Positions 1 to 14,526 of a stretch of DNA of 64,000 bases are shown in pieces (the stretch's first letter is position 1; each line of letters begins with the position of its first letter). Origin of the DNA: Eremomyces bilateralis CBS 781.70 (taxonomy: Eukaryota); assembly GCA_010015585.1 (NCBI GenBank), contig ML975172.1, one strand, 5' to 3'. Position numbers and translations under genes: made by a program. Under the pieces are notes generated by a model, which worked only from the letters and a program-made list of their open reading frames with translations, did not search any database and had not been told where the DNA came from.

Positions 1-311
1 TGCCACTGATTCCGGTGAATGTCCCTTAGAATTCGGCAGCAGAGCGTCGAGCTGGACCGGATCCCTTTTCCATACGCTGGCTTGAGCTACTTTGTCGAAT
101 ATCTTCTTACATGACCATGGCCCAAATATGATTGGAGCGACATTCTTCGCTTCCTTTACTAGTCGCCATGGATCGATTGGCGTAGTCTAGGCCATCAGAT
201 CGAAATTCTCTGATAGGAGCAGCTCATGTAAAACGTCGAAGCGCCGCATTGGAGTCCAAATGTAGCCCCACACTTTCAAACTTCCGCAACTTCCTTTCGA
301 AAACACAGAAC

Positions 312-836
312 TCATACGTTTTTCTGCTCAGGCAGTCCAGGATTGGTCGCCAGCTCGGTTGCGTTGAAGATACCTGCCCATGGCACGGTCGTGGCCCCTC
401 TCCAGTCCAAAACTCCAATGATTTTGTAGTCCTCATCCACCAATATGATTCGATGATCCAAATCCGCATGACATAAAGGAAACGGACCTGTAGGAACCTT
501 ATCTCGGATGATGTGCGGGAGGGCGTGCATCAGAACCCAACAGACCGTGATCCACTCTTCCCTAGGGACATGTGTCCCAAAGCCCCTGGCGTTGCCGGTA
601 AGATAGGCCATGTTGATGGGGTTCATGTGCTGCCGATGGCGTGAAAAGTAATCCAACGATGGGCCTAAAGGTGGAGTCCAGGCATTGGACGAGGGAATCC
701 TAGACCGATCAACTTTGACGTTGGGTGAGCCCAGTTCGCGAGCGGGCATCCCAATCATATCGTAATTTATCAGGCTTAACTGACAATAGTAGTCTGCCAG
801 ATAGTGTGCGAACTTTGCGCAATGATCTGCTGGCAC
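312..836 (-). pseudogene. APH/phosphotransferase-type kinase-like fragment
   Basis: The ORF has FPLCHADLDHRIILVDEDYKIIGVLDW, a Brenner HxDL..N-like motif plus a vlDW motif. There is no clear N-lobe or start, and the flanks are frameshifted. Confidence 0.6.
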
Positions 837-2620
837 GATTTCGCAGGCCTGCAGCCAAGTCGCAGAGGTAGTTGAAGTTTGCTTCCACGAGGACTTGCCA
901 TATCTGACTATGCAGGCCGCTTCATTTGGGGTTCAGACTGGACACAGGAACCCAAGTCTTGTTCAAAGCTCAGGAGGTGACTATAACTAATTCAGACCGG
1001 GGAGTGCAGATCTGAATTGAAAGGGCAGTGGACCGAATCGAAGGTGCTGGTAATATAAGGAGACGCCGGTGAGACTTAGCCATGCCAGCAGACACACCAC
1101 AGGAACAAATGGAAGCAAACAGTTTGGTTCTTTATATGTATGAGCCAGATGTCTCGGAGATTCTCTTACTGAGTGAGAAGAAAGGACGGTGTTTCCGACC
1201 GCCGCAAGGCGCGTGGTAAGACTTCCGAATAGATATAAAAGGCACGTGTTTTAATATCAAGCCAAAGATATTGCACCAGGATTCAATCCCGAGTACTTGG
1301 TGGTTCGAAAACATGATAAACACATGATGAAGACAAAACACAATGTCCTTCATGCTATTCTTTTCACAAGCTCTTCAACGGCTGCGTCTTCTGTGGATTG
1401 CAGATCAGGTTTGTCTTGATAGTTTGGTAACCCGTAGTGCTGGTACAAGCATGGTGGAGCCTTTGTCAGTTGTTCTTCGTAAGAGAAGTAATCAGGCAAT
1501 GGCTGTTCCTTCGAATTTTCTTCACAGTTTCATATGCTCGAGATCAAGGCTGGCTTTAGAAGAGCGATCCATGGTTGTATAGAGGATGGTAGACCGAAGC
1601 AGAGATTCATATGCACAGAAAAGGAATAAAGAGAAGGTCTAACTGACGTTAGAGTAAGGCAATTTAAGATTCATTTGCAACATGACTCTAGCAGAACGCT
1701 GACTCGGATAAAGCAGTGAAGAAGCTCTCTTGACATGACTAACCATTAGAATATATATAACTAACTAGTTATAGGAGAATGAGTATTCCGATACAAGTCA
1801 TAAACAGGCCTGATCAGGATCTCTACATAAGCAGCTCAGGGAAGAAAGATATGATATGCTCTAGTTAAGTTGTAAGACCGCATTCAAGGACAAAACGCAA
1901 GTTAGTGACCTACTGCGTCTCAGCTAAGGTCACTCTTGACGGCTGTAAATCTAGGAATACGAGGCCCAGCCAGAAGTATAGCTATGCAAGCTGCGGCTGG
2001 ACAGGTATCCTCATGATTGCAGCCGTGAGGGGCCGATGGCGCGAAGAGATGACACGCTCGATAGAATCGGGGCAGTCCGAAAAATCGTCTCCCCAAAGAG
2101 GTTGTCGAGAATATTTGAAGACCCTCACGATTTCGAGGACTCCGGAAAACAGTGGCTTAGCTTGAGTCATTAGCCAAGTCTCCATGTCGCTTGACCGAAA
2201 GTAGTGGCAACATTCAAATCATCCGCTTTTGATCCGTAAGCCATCCAAATTAACTCGAAGACTTAGGTGAGTTAGGGCAACAATGGTAAGGTCAGCTATT
2301 GTGGTGTTCAAAACCATTCTTTCCTTCCATAAGATCATCAGGGGCGACTTCATCCTGTTAATACGATATTCTATTGTTGGTTTTTGAATTGACAAATGAA
2401 ACGAAGTATGACATCCCGGTCCTTGAATGTACACGTTAAGCAGTCTGATCAATAGGAGATGACTGGGATCATAGCCGCAAGCCGAGCTCCGCGTGTGGGG
2501 AAGTCCATATCATACCTTATCTCCAACTTCACGGTCGCGGATTCGCGATGTTTATTAATTAGGCGTGCAAGCTTCGAGAGAGAACTAATTTACAATCCCA
2601 AATACAAACCTAATATCAAG

Positions 2621-4487
2621 ATGGCCGAGTGGGAAGTGATTGCAAAGCGCAAACAGCAAGAGCGCGACTCCAAGATCCCCGCGGCCTGGCTGCTGCCGAC
2701 CAGCCCTGCCGATAATCACAATGTCCTCCAGGTCCCTGGAAAGGCGGGCATATTGACGCCAGCCGAAATCGACATCACCGAGAACTACGATGCCACAGGA
2801 TTGCGAGATGCCATTGCCGCCGGCAAATTAAAGAGCCTGGATGTTGCGAAAGCGTTCAGCAAACGAGCTGCAATCGCCCAACAGCTGGTTCGTCCCCTTA
2901 ATGCCGAGCCTTCGGGATGGAAATCATGCTGACGGTGGCAGACCAACTGCTTGACGGAGATTTTCTTTGATGAGGCCCTGAAGCGAGCGGAGGAATTGGA
3001 TGCCTACTATGCGAAGCACGGCCAGACCGTGGGCCCTCTTCATGGCGTGCCGGTTTCTATCAAGGACTGTTTCAGGGTAAAGGGGGCCGACTCAACCACC
3101 GGAATTGCTTCGTTGGCATTCAAACCAGCCGTAACGGAGTCAGCCCTTGTGCAGATCCTGCGAAAGGCTGGTGCAGTCCTGCATTGCAAAACTAATGTGC
3201 CCATGACCATGATGGCTCTGGATAGTCACAACAACGTCTGGGGACGAACCATGAACCCTATCAATCGCAAAGTCACAGCGGGTGGCTCATCCGGTGGCGA
3301 AGGCGCGCTCGTCGCTATGAGAGGGTCGGCGATGGGAGTCGGAACGGATGTCGGCGGCTCGATTCGTATCCCCGCGATGTGTAATGGCCTATATGGGATC
3401 AAGCCAAGCCATCAGCGCATACCTTTCGCGAATCTGCAAGGTTCCACCGCACCCGGCGGAAGCAGGGTCGCCGTCGCAGCAAGCGCAGGCCCTCTTACCA
3501 CGACATTGCGGGATTGCGAGCTATTCTTCGACGCTATATCTTCCCAAAAGCCGTGGGAAGTTGATCCTGAGGTGATTCCGGCCACCTGGCCATACCAGCA
3601 ACCTGCGCTATCGAAGCGAGATGCGATTATTGGTATCGTGAAACGAGACGGGTTGATTGAACCGCTCCCTCCTATTGCTCGCTTGATTGATGAAGTCGCG
3701 TCGCGTTTGAGGTCGCAGGGTATCACGGTAGTGGAAATGGACATCACGCCTCTGTTCTCCAAATGCCAGTCATTAGCGAACAAGCTGTTCGGAATTGATG
3801 GAAACAACTACGCCTTCGATCTTTTGGAATCCAAGGGAGAACCAGTGAGTGCAGATCGTATGAGCTTGACCATTAATCGTTTGCTGACTTTCTAGCTATC
3901 ACCATGGCTGGCCACTCGGTTGAAGCGAGGAAAAGTCAGGGGGTTGCCTGAAGTCACCGATCTCCATGCGCGTAGGATGGCGCTGGAGGCCGAGTTCCTG
4001 AAATACTGGAACGATACCACCACCGGACGCCAGATTGATGCCTTCATCTGCCCCATGGCGCCGCATCCGGTGCCACTCATCGACAGATTCAACGGAGTGA
4101 GCTACACTAGCTCCTTCGTCTTGCTCGACGCACCTGCTGGTGTAAGTAGCCCCGCCATCTTCCTGAGTGGTTTCCCGCTCACTCTGCTATTAGAACATCC
4201 CTGTGCGTGCATTTGGGCAACATGACCTCGAAGGCGAGGTGCCGAAGACCAAGGCGCTTTCATCTTGGGACGAGAGAAACAGAGAGCTTTGTGAGTCCAT
4301 TATGTTCGATTTTTGACCAGTATTGACTGTAGCAGGGACCAATGTCGACCGCTCCGTGTATCTGGGCACACCTCTCTGCATCCAGGTCGTCGCACCAAGG
4401 CTGCAAGAGAGACGGTTGACGGAGGCTATGAAGGTCATCGATGATGCTCTCAAGGCTTCTGGATCTGACACCAAATCGAAATTGTAA
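2621..4487 (+). CDS. Amidase-signature family enzyme (acetamidase-like), 5 exons
   Basis: Motifs GPLHGVPVSIKD, GGSSGGEGAL and GTDVGGSIRIP. Introns at 2888-2941, 3845-3895, 4142-4193 and 4291-4335 join the ORFs. ATG 2621, TAA 4485-4487. Confidence 0.92.
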
Positions 4488-5074
4488 AATCAGCGTAGCA
4501 TTCTTACCAAACCGATTTAGCTATGGGCAATAATTCATTGGAATTTGTGATAAGGAACCGCATATGTCGTTCAGCTACCCGTCCGAGAGCTCCGCAATGC
4601 TGATAGCTTTGTCGTGGCGCGTGAAAACCACACCGGAATATTCTGTTCAGGTCGTCTCCAGAGTACTGCATGCCTATACAGTTAATCGAAACCATCATTG
4701 GGTATCATATATGTAAATATGGAATTGAGAACTGTTGTCCAGTTGGCTTCTTGAAAGAAGATCGTCGCATCACGTGCACTCGACAGGGATCCTTCATCTA
4801 GAAAGTTCGAGCCACGAATCGCAATTATGGTTGATGTGGCTCCAAGGACAGTTACATGACCACTCAATAATGTGAACGAAAGATTATGAACTCTCTTCCT
4901 CGACACTATTAACGTCCGCAGAGTCCATAGGGGGACTCGGTCAGCGACTTGCTCATGCAGACGGAAGACACTCTTTTGATACCCTTTTCGGCTTCACCCT
5001 TCAGCTGCGCCTGCAGCGCTCCCTTCGCGCTCTCCATCTATCGTCCGGTCATCGGATGAACAACAAGTCTCAAA

Positions 5075-7281
5075 ATGAGCACCGATTACAATTATGATGA
5101 ACAGGGCCAATATTTTCCCTACTTCATCCTTACGATTACCGCCCTAATTACCCTTCCGACCACATACTCGGTTCTTGCGCCGAGCAAAGGTATGACAGCG
5201 TGAGACCGCGATAATCAGGTGGTGCTAATGTTGATGACAGAGCTTGAAAACACCGCACCTCGAATCCAGTCCGATTTCAAACCCGAACATGCCGATCTTA
5301 TTGAAGGACAACGGCGAAAGCAGAAGAGGCGGGAGCGAAAGGTGAAGCGGATGATGCTATCTGTCGGAGGATGGCTCCTCATGGCATGGATGGTGTACCT
5401 GATGGTGGTGACGACAAGGACGGTACCAAAAATATGGGACCCATATGATGTCCTAGGGATCTCGAGAGTATGTGTTTTGGATCTTTGGTGTGGTTGACCA
5501 CATGCTGATCGAAAGCAGTCTTTGAACGAGAAAGAGATCAAGAAACACTACCGCAAGCTTTCCCTCACGCAACATCCTGACAAAGTCACACTTGATCCCG
5601 AGAGGAATATCACGACCGACTCGGTCAACAACCATTGGGTAGACATTACCAAGGCATATAAAGCACTCACCGATGATGAAATAAGGAACAACTACCTCCA
5701 GTACGGCCACCCGGACGGCAAGCAGAGCTTCAGCATCGGAATTGCGCTGCCCAAATTCCTTATTGAAGAGGGCAATGGGAAATACGCGCTTCTCCTGTAC
5801 GGAGGACTACTAGCCGTATTCTTGCCTTACATCGTTGGACGATGGTGGTATGGGAGCCAGCGAGTCACAAAAGAAGGCGTTCTTGTCACGAGCGCTGGCA
5901 ATATCTTCCGGGAATACCAGGAGACCTCCGATGAAGCCGCAGTCATTACTACTCTAAGCAGTGGAGAGGAGTTTGATGAGGTGCTGAGCGGTCGTGCGGA
6001 CAGCGGCTTATCGAAACTCGAGCAGAAAGTGCTCTCAGACGACGAGACATCCCCACTAGCCGGACTTATCAGTGAGGCCAATAAGAACAAACTGAAAGAT
6101 ATGGAAGGCGTCCGACGAAAGGCATTGGGTCTTCTCTGGGCATACCTTGGACGGATTGAGTTGGAGGACGAATCGTTGAACGATGAAAAGTTGGAATGTG
6201 CCACCAAAGCAATCGCTTTGAACGAGAGCTACTCATCGATCGCCCTGGCCTATGGAAACATTCAACCTCTCCTCTCATCCTACCGCACTTCGCAATGCTT
6301 AATCCAGGCCTTCCCACCAGGCGGGTCGCCTCTCCTTCAGCTCCCTTTCATCACCCCTACCATCGCGAAAGCCATCGAAGGTGAAGACTCGCGGCGCCAT
6401 CTCCGAGTTACCGACTACATGAACCTTCCAGCCGACATTCGAAAGAAGCGCTCCGTCGGACCCGACTTGCTCACTCCCCAGCAATACCAGTCCGCCGTCG
6501 CGCTCGCGTCCCAACTCCCCAACCTGCACGTCGAGAAGGCGTTCTTCAAGGTCGTCGGCGAGAAATACATCGTCCCCAACAGCTTCGTACAGTTCATCAT
6601 CAAAGCCCGCCTCATTCCTCCCGGATCCACCAAAGTCCCTGACCCGGACCCGAAGGACCTCGAAGAGCCCGACCCGAAAGGCAACAAGACAATCGCCGAC
6701 GACCCCAACGAAAAGCGCGAACAGCCGCCCCTAGCCCACGCGCCGTACTTCCCCCGCGACAAAGCGCCGCAATGGCACGTGTTCCTCGCCGACGGCAAGC
6801 AGGGGAAGCTCGCCGTGCCGCCGTTCACGTTCAATACCTTCAACAAGGCGGTGTACGACGAGGCGGGGAACCCGACGTACGCGGTGCTTACATTGCGGAT
6901 GCAGTTCGGTGCGCCGCCGCAAGCGGGAAAATATACGTTCGCGTGCTACATCACGTGCGATTCGTATGTTGGGCTGGATACCAAGATCGATGTCACGATG
7001 AATGTGGAGGATGCGAGTAAGGCGGAGGCGATTGATATCGTTGATGATGATGCGGAGATTGCGAGAGGTATGTTACTCTGTTTGCTTCCTACGTCGATTG
7101 ATAGGACTTTGGCTAACGATGTTTGACAGATGAGGCAGAATCTCTCATCGGCGGCGCCAAAGCCGCAGCTGCGAGCGGCCGACTACCCAGCATGGGCGAT
7201 TCGGACGACGAGAGCGGGACGGATGAGGATGTCGAGACGGAGAGCGAGACGGATACGGAGACGGACACGGATGGGGAGTGA
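5075..7281 (+). CDS. SEC63: ER translocon subunit Sec63
   Basis: MSTDYNYDEQGQYFPYF N-terminus, TM segments, J-domain (WDPYDVLGI..HPDK), YGHPDGKQSFSIGIALP, Sec63/Brl domain and acidic tail. Introns at about 5190-5240, 5468-5518 and 7068-7129. Confidence 0.96.
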
Positions 7282-8638
7282 TTGACATGGCGGTTTCCAA
7301 AAATTCATGGCGTTATATCCGCTTGTTCTCTCGTATCCTCGCACAGTGTAAAGTATATCCTAGTCCATGAGCATCGTGCAGGTGTTTGGTGCCAATATGA
7401 GTTCGAGCAAGGACGCGAGGGGCAATATGCTTTAGGTTGGTTATCAAATTCCGATTGACTATTGAGACCGATACCTTGTCGACCATGAGTCTTTTCCAGC
7501 CATGAAACCTTTCTGCCTCAACGATCTTGCCACCATTTGTGAATAAATCGACCTCATGGTCAGGAGACAATCAACATGCCTGACTGCCTCATAAGCGACC
7601 CTTCACCGACCATGAAGCCACCCGATATGTTCTGAACCCTGAATCCTCGCCTGATCATCAGCAGGCCACTTCAGGGGCAATCACCGCCGCAATTGCGCCT
7701 TACTTATTATGCCTTGTATGCCTTTTGCGTGGCAACCAAACCCCTCCTTCCATTAGGATGCAGGTCATCTACATGCTAGTGGGGGTACGGAATACTGCGC
7801 CTGGTTGCTCGGCTCCCTGCATGATTCAAGGTAGCCCATTAAGCGCGATACTAGTTTCGCACCAGGGGGCATGTGTTCGAGAAGATATTGCGAAGGTTGG
7901 GCTGTGCCGCAGGTCGATGTTGTTTCCTTTGCCGCTTTGCAGTTGTCAACTGCCAGGGCGGAGTGGTGGCTTAGCAGTTAGCATTCCGACCCGTCGAAGT
8001 GAGGATCAGCCAATCATATCGTGGTACATTCATCAATGTAAAAAATGCCATATGGCCAATCAATCAATTCCTGGCGTCCACTGGTAATGACTTTGCCCCA
8101 TATTTCAGCCGTTTACGGCGTAGCGCGTGTGCAGAGATTGGAGTATCTAAAGAAATCAAAGCGAATCGACCAGCACTAGATGGCATCGCCGTAGTGTCTA
8201 GAACTGCCTTGTCCTGTGGATCTCAATGCCAATATCAACGTCTCTCTCTGTTATGCTTGAGACGACAGGGACATCCTCAATCAATATTTGAGCTTAGCAG
8301 GACATGGCATAGCCTATCTCAAGGCCACCGAAAGGCGATACTGTAGGCAGTGCATTCATATCCGTTGGTGAAATGCATGGAGGATCATGGAGGAGGTCTT
8401 GGAGGAGGTCTATAAGAAAGGAGAAACCGTCTCCCCTATGCTATGAATGCTTTCAGATCCTGATATAACTTGATCAAGAAAACAGCCCGTGGAATATCCA
8501 ATCTAATATTTTAGCCATATCACAAAGCCGAAGGGTGCCTTGCTGGGGTACCTACCGACCTAAACCGAAGAATATACTTCGTCGCTTCCGTTTGCGAGTC
8601 AGAAATCGCCCGTTTGCTTTCACTTAAATCGCGTCATC

Positions 8639-9770
8639 ATGTCCTTAACTGTGTTGAATTCACAATGCCATCCCTCAGATTCTCCCTCTCCGCTTATCCA
8701 CAGATCAAGCACCATGGAGCGCCGACAGAGCATCTTCAAGAACTTGAAAAGCAAGTTCGGGAGCAAGAATTCCAATTCTACCTCACGGCAGGACTCGTTC
8801 GAACCAGCATCATCTCCTACAAGTATGGCTGATCGAAATCCACTGCAAAATCTTTCCCCGGTAACTCGTCGACCTAGTGAGTTCCCATGTCCAAACGATA
8901 CCAACACATCCAATCTAACGCCAATTTAGTCCGTCCTGGCATGAACGCTTTTATCACCCCCTCAAATGAGCCACCGCCAGCATACACCCCCGCCGCGAAC
9001 TCCCAGCCCAACCCCGCCATCGGCACCTCTGCCGCCGCCTCGGACGACACCTACGCCTTCCTCGGCTCCTTCGACACCGTCTTCCTCATCGACGACTCTG
9101 GCTCCATGGCCGGCCGCTCCTGGCGCGAAACCGCCCAGGCCCTCGAGACCATCACACCCATTTGCACCGTGCACGACGCCGACGGGATCGACCTGTACTT
9201 CCTTAACCAGGCAGACAGCCCGTACTACCGGCACGTGCAGTCGGTCGCCACGGTGCGGGAGATCTTCAGCACGGTGCGGCCGCGCGGTGGGACGCCGACG
9301 GGGCAGCGGCTGAATCAGATCTTGCGGCCATATGTGGCACGGTGTGCGAAGAACGTCGACGCGGTGAAGCCGTTGAACGTGATTGTGATCACGGACGGGG
9401 CGCCGAGCGATGATGTGGAGAGCGTGTTGATCAGTGCGGCGAAGAAGTTGGATAAGATGGACGCGCCGGCGTGGCAGGTGGGGGTGCAATTTTTCCAGGT
9501 GGGGAGGGAGCCTGGGGCGAAGGAGCATTTGAAGCAGTTAGATGATGAGTTGGCGGAGTTGGCAGGGGAAGATGATCTGAGGGATATGGTGGATACGGTG
9601 CCGTTTACGGGGGACAACGATGCGCAGCTGACGGGTGATGGGATACTGAAGGTAAGCACAATCACGACCAAGGAACACGCAGCCGCTAATCTAAAATAAA
9701 TCAGGTTGTACTCGGCGCTGTAACTCGTCGGCTAGACCGAAAGCGGTCAAAGGACCTGCATCGTAAGTGA
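8639..9770 (+). CDS. von Willebrand factor type A domain protein
   Basis: MIDAS motif FLIDDSGSM, plus GGTPTG, VITDG and VQFFQVG. Introns at 8877-8929 and 9652-9704. The start could instead be ATG 8714. Confidence 0.88.
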
Positions 9771-11814
9771 GGATAAGATCCATACACCTTGTATCATGAG
9801 GGCGTCGAGCTATGAAGCGAAATAAGAACCCCTGATCAGAAGAGATCGAAGGGCTTACATCGTCAATCCTAGCGGATACGCCGGCTGGATCCCTATGGAT
9901 GGAATAGGGATTGGCGTTTGAGGTTTTCTGTCAGCTCTTGGCTCTGCGCTGCTCCGTTGCTCTGGAACATGTGCTTTTATATCTCCTTTCTCCTTGCGGT
10001 TCACGGCTTGCTCGTACAAGACAGCGTCAACTTAGGCTTTGAGTGATTTCATAGGTGTCAAGGAGGCTTGCAGATGAGTTAGTATCGCTAACTACTTAAG
10101 ATATGGAACACATAGATACCGAAATATGGAACCTATTCTCCGATGCCCTTGAAACACATAATTCCATCTGGCAGTTTGCCTGGGTTGTATCCTTTGTCCA
10201 ACTTGACCTTGGGTCTCACTAGGACAACAATAATCTAGACCAACTAGATAGGACTGTCTCCAGGGGTTCCGGAAGCAAAAGCAGCATAAACACTATCAAG
10301 AAAATCAATTCGGCCCCCATTCCCATTCCCATTCCCCACCCACAATAATAACAATGAAAAAGAACACACCAGCTGCGACTTGATCGTAGGACCTCTGTCC
10401 AGCAAAAGGAGAAGGAGCCACCCGGCGAAACCAGGTGACAGGATAATTTTTGAAGCCGAAGCCGTCAAAAGACTTGTGTTGGTCAACTACTTCTCCGAAA
10501 TACAATTCAAGATTTAAAAATATATAATTATCAAATTTCGTCAAGTGAAAATGCTTTGTTCTGAGCTTCTGGTCGGATCTGCGATCAATCGCTGCGGAGA
10601 GATAGATGACTGGTCAAGGATGGCTGGGCTGACTGCTTCATGTCCGTCTGCCTCAGATCATCGCGCTGAGCCTCCCCGCTCGTAAACGTCAGCTAAACAT
10701 AACAAGTGTGAGCCACTCGTAAGTCTATAGTTAAAGGAGATAATGTACCGGATAATCTGCCCGAGGGCTCTCTTACTTCTCATACCTAAACAACAATACT
10801 AACAATAAGAAGCAAGACCACCAACAGTGACTTGATTTTCACTCCCCATCGGCGGAAGGAGAAGTGATCGACCCAACATTGTGCCCCTCTCTCTTCTAAC
10901 CCGAAGTTTTAATTAAACCACTACTTCGAGAGGAAATAGAACCTTTAAAAATATATACCATAAGCCTGGTCTACAACGTGTCATTTGGTCCGACAAGCAT
11001 GTCTATCAACCACAGGCTTACATAGCTGTTGATTGCCTGCCTGGCTTGAGTACATATTCCTAAGAGTTTCGCTTTCTGGGGGTGAACAGATCGATGGTAC
11101 CTCTGGAGTCTGGGGACTTTGGACTCCTAGCGCCCAGGACAGGCTCTTATAGCCCCTAAAATTGGGGAGGTTGAGAACTGAGACTCCACTTACTTTCCCA
11201 TGACCCGCCCATTTTCGAGGGACTCACTTTTGCCCGTCAGTGGCATAGGAGGATATTCGAAGCGCACCCTTACTTAGGAAGGCCGTGATACATACCTCAG
11301 GTGCAGCAGCAAAAGAAGACGTGTACTGCGCTTCCGTGTCGATTACCAGTAGTTAAGACCAGCTTATAAGCTTCCGCATGTATGTATCGCGAACATCGAC
11401 AAGCTTTCTAAATCTTATAAGATCATGTGAACGTCCGCTTCCTTAACCTGGGCAAGTATATTACTACAAAGAAGTCCGCTAGTTCCGCTTAATCTGAGTT
11501 CCCGATCGTGGTGTCAGACTCACAGTCAGAGCCTTGAACTTTGCTCAGACTTTATCAGCTGGGACTCAGCCGGCAACTGTGCTCCCTGGCCAATATGGCG
11601 TTCCGCTATACCCAATGAAGCCAGCTTCTTTTTTAGCATTCTCCATTAAATATTGACCAATCATATGCCTTAAGGCCAGAGGGCACCAAGTCTAAGAGAT
11701 TTCTGCATAGTTTTGTGTGGATGTGTACAGCATCCTATCATGATATAGGTGAGATAACTTCCATCGTTAAGTGAACTCGATACAGAAGGATTCTCGCTAA
11801 CCTGTTATCAGAAA

Positions 11815-13500
11815 TTGATTCTACGCGTGGACTTCCACATTTCATCAAGTTTTAGGACCAATCCAACCACTACAGTAAAAGAACGCGTTATCTTCCCTTT
11901 CGCTATGCCGACTGCGTCCTCCCTCTCGAGCGAGTTATCCTCTATACCGCCAGATGAGATGCATTTATCATCATCGCCGTCTGCCTCGTCCACATCCTCA
12001 GATTCGACTCCCCGACCAAAACGTCCTTCCCCAAGACGATCCCCTACCAGATATCGGCAGATTCGGCGTGTTGCAGGGAAAAAACGGCTTCAACCATTTG
12101 ACAAATTACGCGAAACATTGTACCTGTGGCGAAAGCAGCGGTTCACATTTAAAGAATTTCTCCGCGCCTGGTTACTATCGGATGAGCACCATGGTTCCTT
12201 GGGGAGGGCTACAAGGGTTGGATTATTCCGTGAACTCTTAGAAGAGGAGGAAATCCGTGAGGTTCTTGGGCATCACCCCTCAAGCCGCCGTAATTGGCAA
12301 CCTCTCCTCAAAGAACTTGATGGCTTGACCGAATACAAATACTTTGACACTTTCGATCCTGATACCGCCCACGAATGGGATATCGACCTTGAAGATGTCC
12401 GAAAAGTTATCAAGACTAGGGCACCAGAATGGTACAGCTGCTTGGATCTAGTTCTTCGAAACTGTCGCAGTCAAGAACCAGATCAAAGGGAGACTCTTTC
12501 AAAGGGGACGATTGGGCAAATGTACACGATGACTGCAGTAGCATGCCGGAGTCGTAAGCGGAACACATCAAGTGTATACGCTAAGAAGCTGGGATTATAT
12601 ATGATCTCTAGTGGGACAAAGCGGCGGGTTGTGGATACAGTTGCTGGTCTCGGGCTTACTGACACTTACCAAAGTATCAATGAGGATATTTCAGATATGG
12701 CGCTCAAGGCGAAGGCAGGTTGATTATACCTTAGGTTAGATATTTTCTTCCTACTTCGCTATTAGAATCGTCCCCCAATGCTAGCCAAAATGCCAAAGGC
12801 AGTTCTTGTTTATAATAACTTCAACTTCAAAGATACATATTGTGCATGAACAGACGATTGGTTCAACTTATATTGTGCGGAATCTGTCAACATGTCTGAT
12901 GAAGGTTTATCCCAATCAAGTTTCGATCCCACCCAACGTCTCTCCTTTAAAGATATCTGCAAAGCCGATGGTTTAAAGTATGATAAGAAAAAGCAGAGTG
13001 TAAACATTCACTTAGTCTACGAGGCCCTACAACACGTTCATTCTACAAGTATTGACTTGGTTTTCCATTCACAGCCGTCTACTGTCCCTTCTTCTGGTAT
13101 CCGGAGATCAACCGTCTACACGCGGGTGGGAATACAACAAACATTCATCATCTTCGGGCTGCCCCTTTTGATGAGGGAACAATCCAAGGAATCTACGGAG
13201 TTCATGAAGATATTTGGATCCGACAGTTGGGTTTCCAATCCCAACCACCATGCGAAGACTTCACAAACCATCTCTCACTGGTATTTGGAGATCAGAAAGT
13301 AGCCCAACATATCCGTACTCTAAAGGAGGCACAGGAGATGGATATTGGGTCCCTCTGAACTATTTCATGTCTTGAATCTAATCCTAACAATCGCCCGTAT
13401 CCATTTTGATATGAAGCCTCCACTACCGTCGGATACAAAGCCTTTAATACCATCAGATGCAACGCTTCTACCGGATATCATCTACTAGGATCGAAAAGGA
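11815..13500 (+). pseudogene. Decayed DUF6589-like, probably transposon-derived gene
   Basis: LGLYMISSGTKRRVVDTVAGLGL, followed in broken frames by VLVYNNFNF (YDNFNF-like), DEGTIQGI, LVFGDQK and LFHV. Frameshifts and stops interrupt it. Confidence 0.6.
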
Positions 13501-14526
13501 TGTACTCGAGATTCCCCCCTAAATAAATCTGAAAGGAAAATGTCCTAGAATTTCTCAGGTTTCTAGAGGGGGTTTTGGAGGTTTTTTCCCCAAGCGCTTC
13601 GCTTTCGTCCCAAACTCACCCCTGGCTTAGCTAATTAGGTGCCTAAATTACTACATAGGCTATCAATCCCTTGCCAGTGGAGCCCATCTTGCACTTGCTC
13701 ACTCCAGTGACTTCATTGGACCTTTCCTTTGCGGCGCGCTCTTCCATTGACAGGACAATCCAGCCGCCTACATTTCCTAAAGGCAAGGCACAGCATCAAT
13801 AGCGACTCTCTCGGCCGTTTAGTAGTAGTCCGGACTACGGACCCAAAACTAGGCTGCTTCAACCTGTCTCTAGGAAGAGGAAGCCGACTACTCTTCCGTA
13901 TCTCCTTTATGTCGATCTGCTTTCTCTAGCATTTAAATTATAGCGGACGATCTACTGGTGCTAAACGGCTTCGAAGAGTAAGTTGTTGATTGGTTTAGAC
14001 GTGTCAATCAATCACGGAAGCAATAGGTTCTCCTGCAGAGGGAGTGAGATGCATGTATTGTGGAAGCTGTGGGATACACCGCAAGGTAGATATACCCGAG
14101 CTTATGTAAGATAAAGAACAAGGAAAGAAATCTTGTGTGATGACTAAGTAATAACCTCTGATTTCCAACATAAGTCGATAGGCTAGTAGACGTCAAGAAG
14201 CGCGAAAGGAGATAACAACTCGTTTAAACTATGAAGTGTTAATGAGAAAATGGCGAGAGTAAGCTCTATGGACATGGTAATGACTAATGAGCACCTGCGG
14301 ACTAGTTAATAGAATCCTTAAGTTACTAACTACCGATATTGAAAGTATCCTGGAACCCTAGAGTGTTATAGTTCCAGGCCCATGGTCTCCTCCCCTTGAA
14401 GTTATAGTCACTTCTTCTTCAGCTTTGCAATATGTACTCTAACTCTGTCTGGCTTGCTTATATTGACCTCTTTCTTCAGCGCTAACATCAACTCAGTTGT
14501 CCGCCGCCAATTCGATGCAGGCTTAG

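Noticed and set aside
1130..2452. Minus-strand ORF fragments (1982-2185 and 2219-2452 share a frame)
   Set aside because: Probably gene relics, but no family could be recognised.
8639..9770. vWA gene as Starship cargo
   Set aside because: It is intact, has core-like codon bias and lies next to SEC63. No element boundary could be identified to its left.
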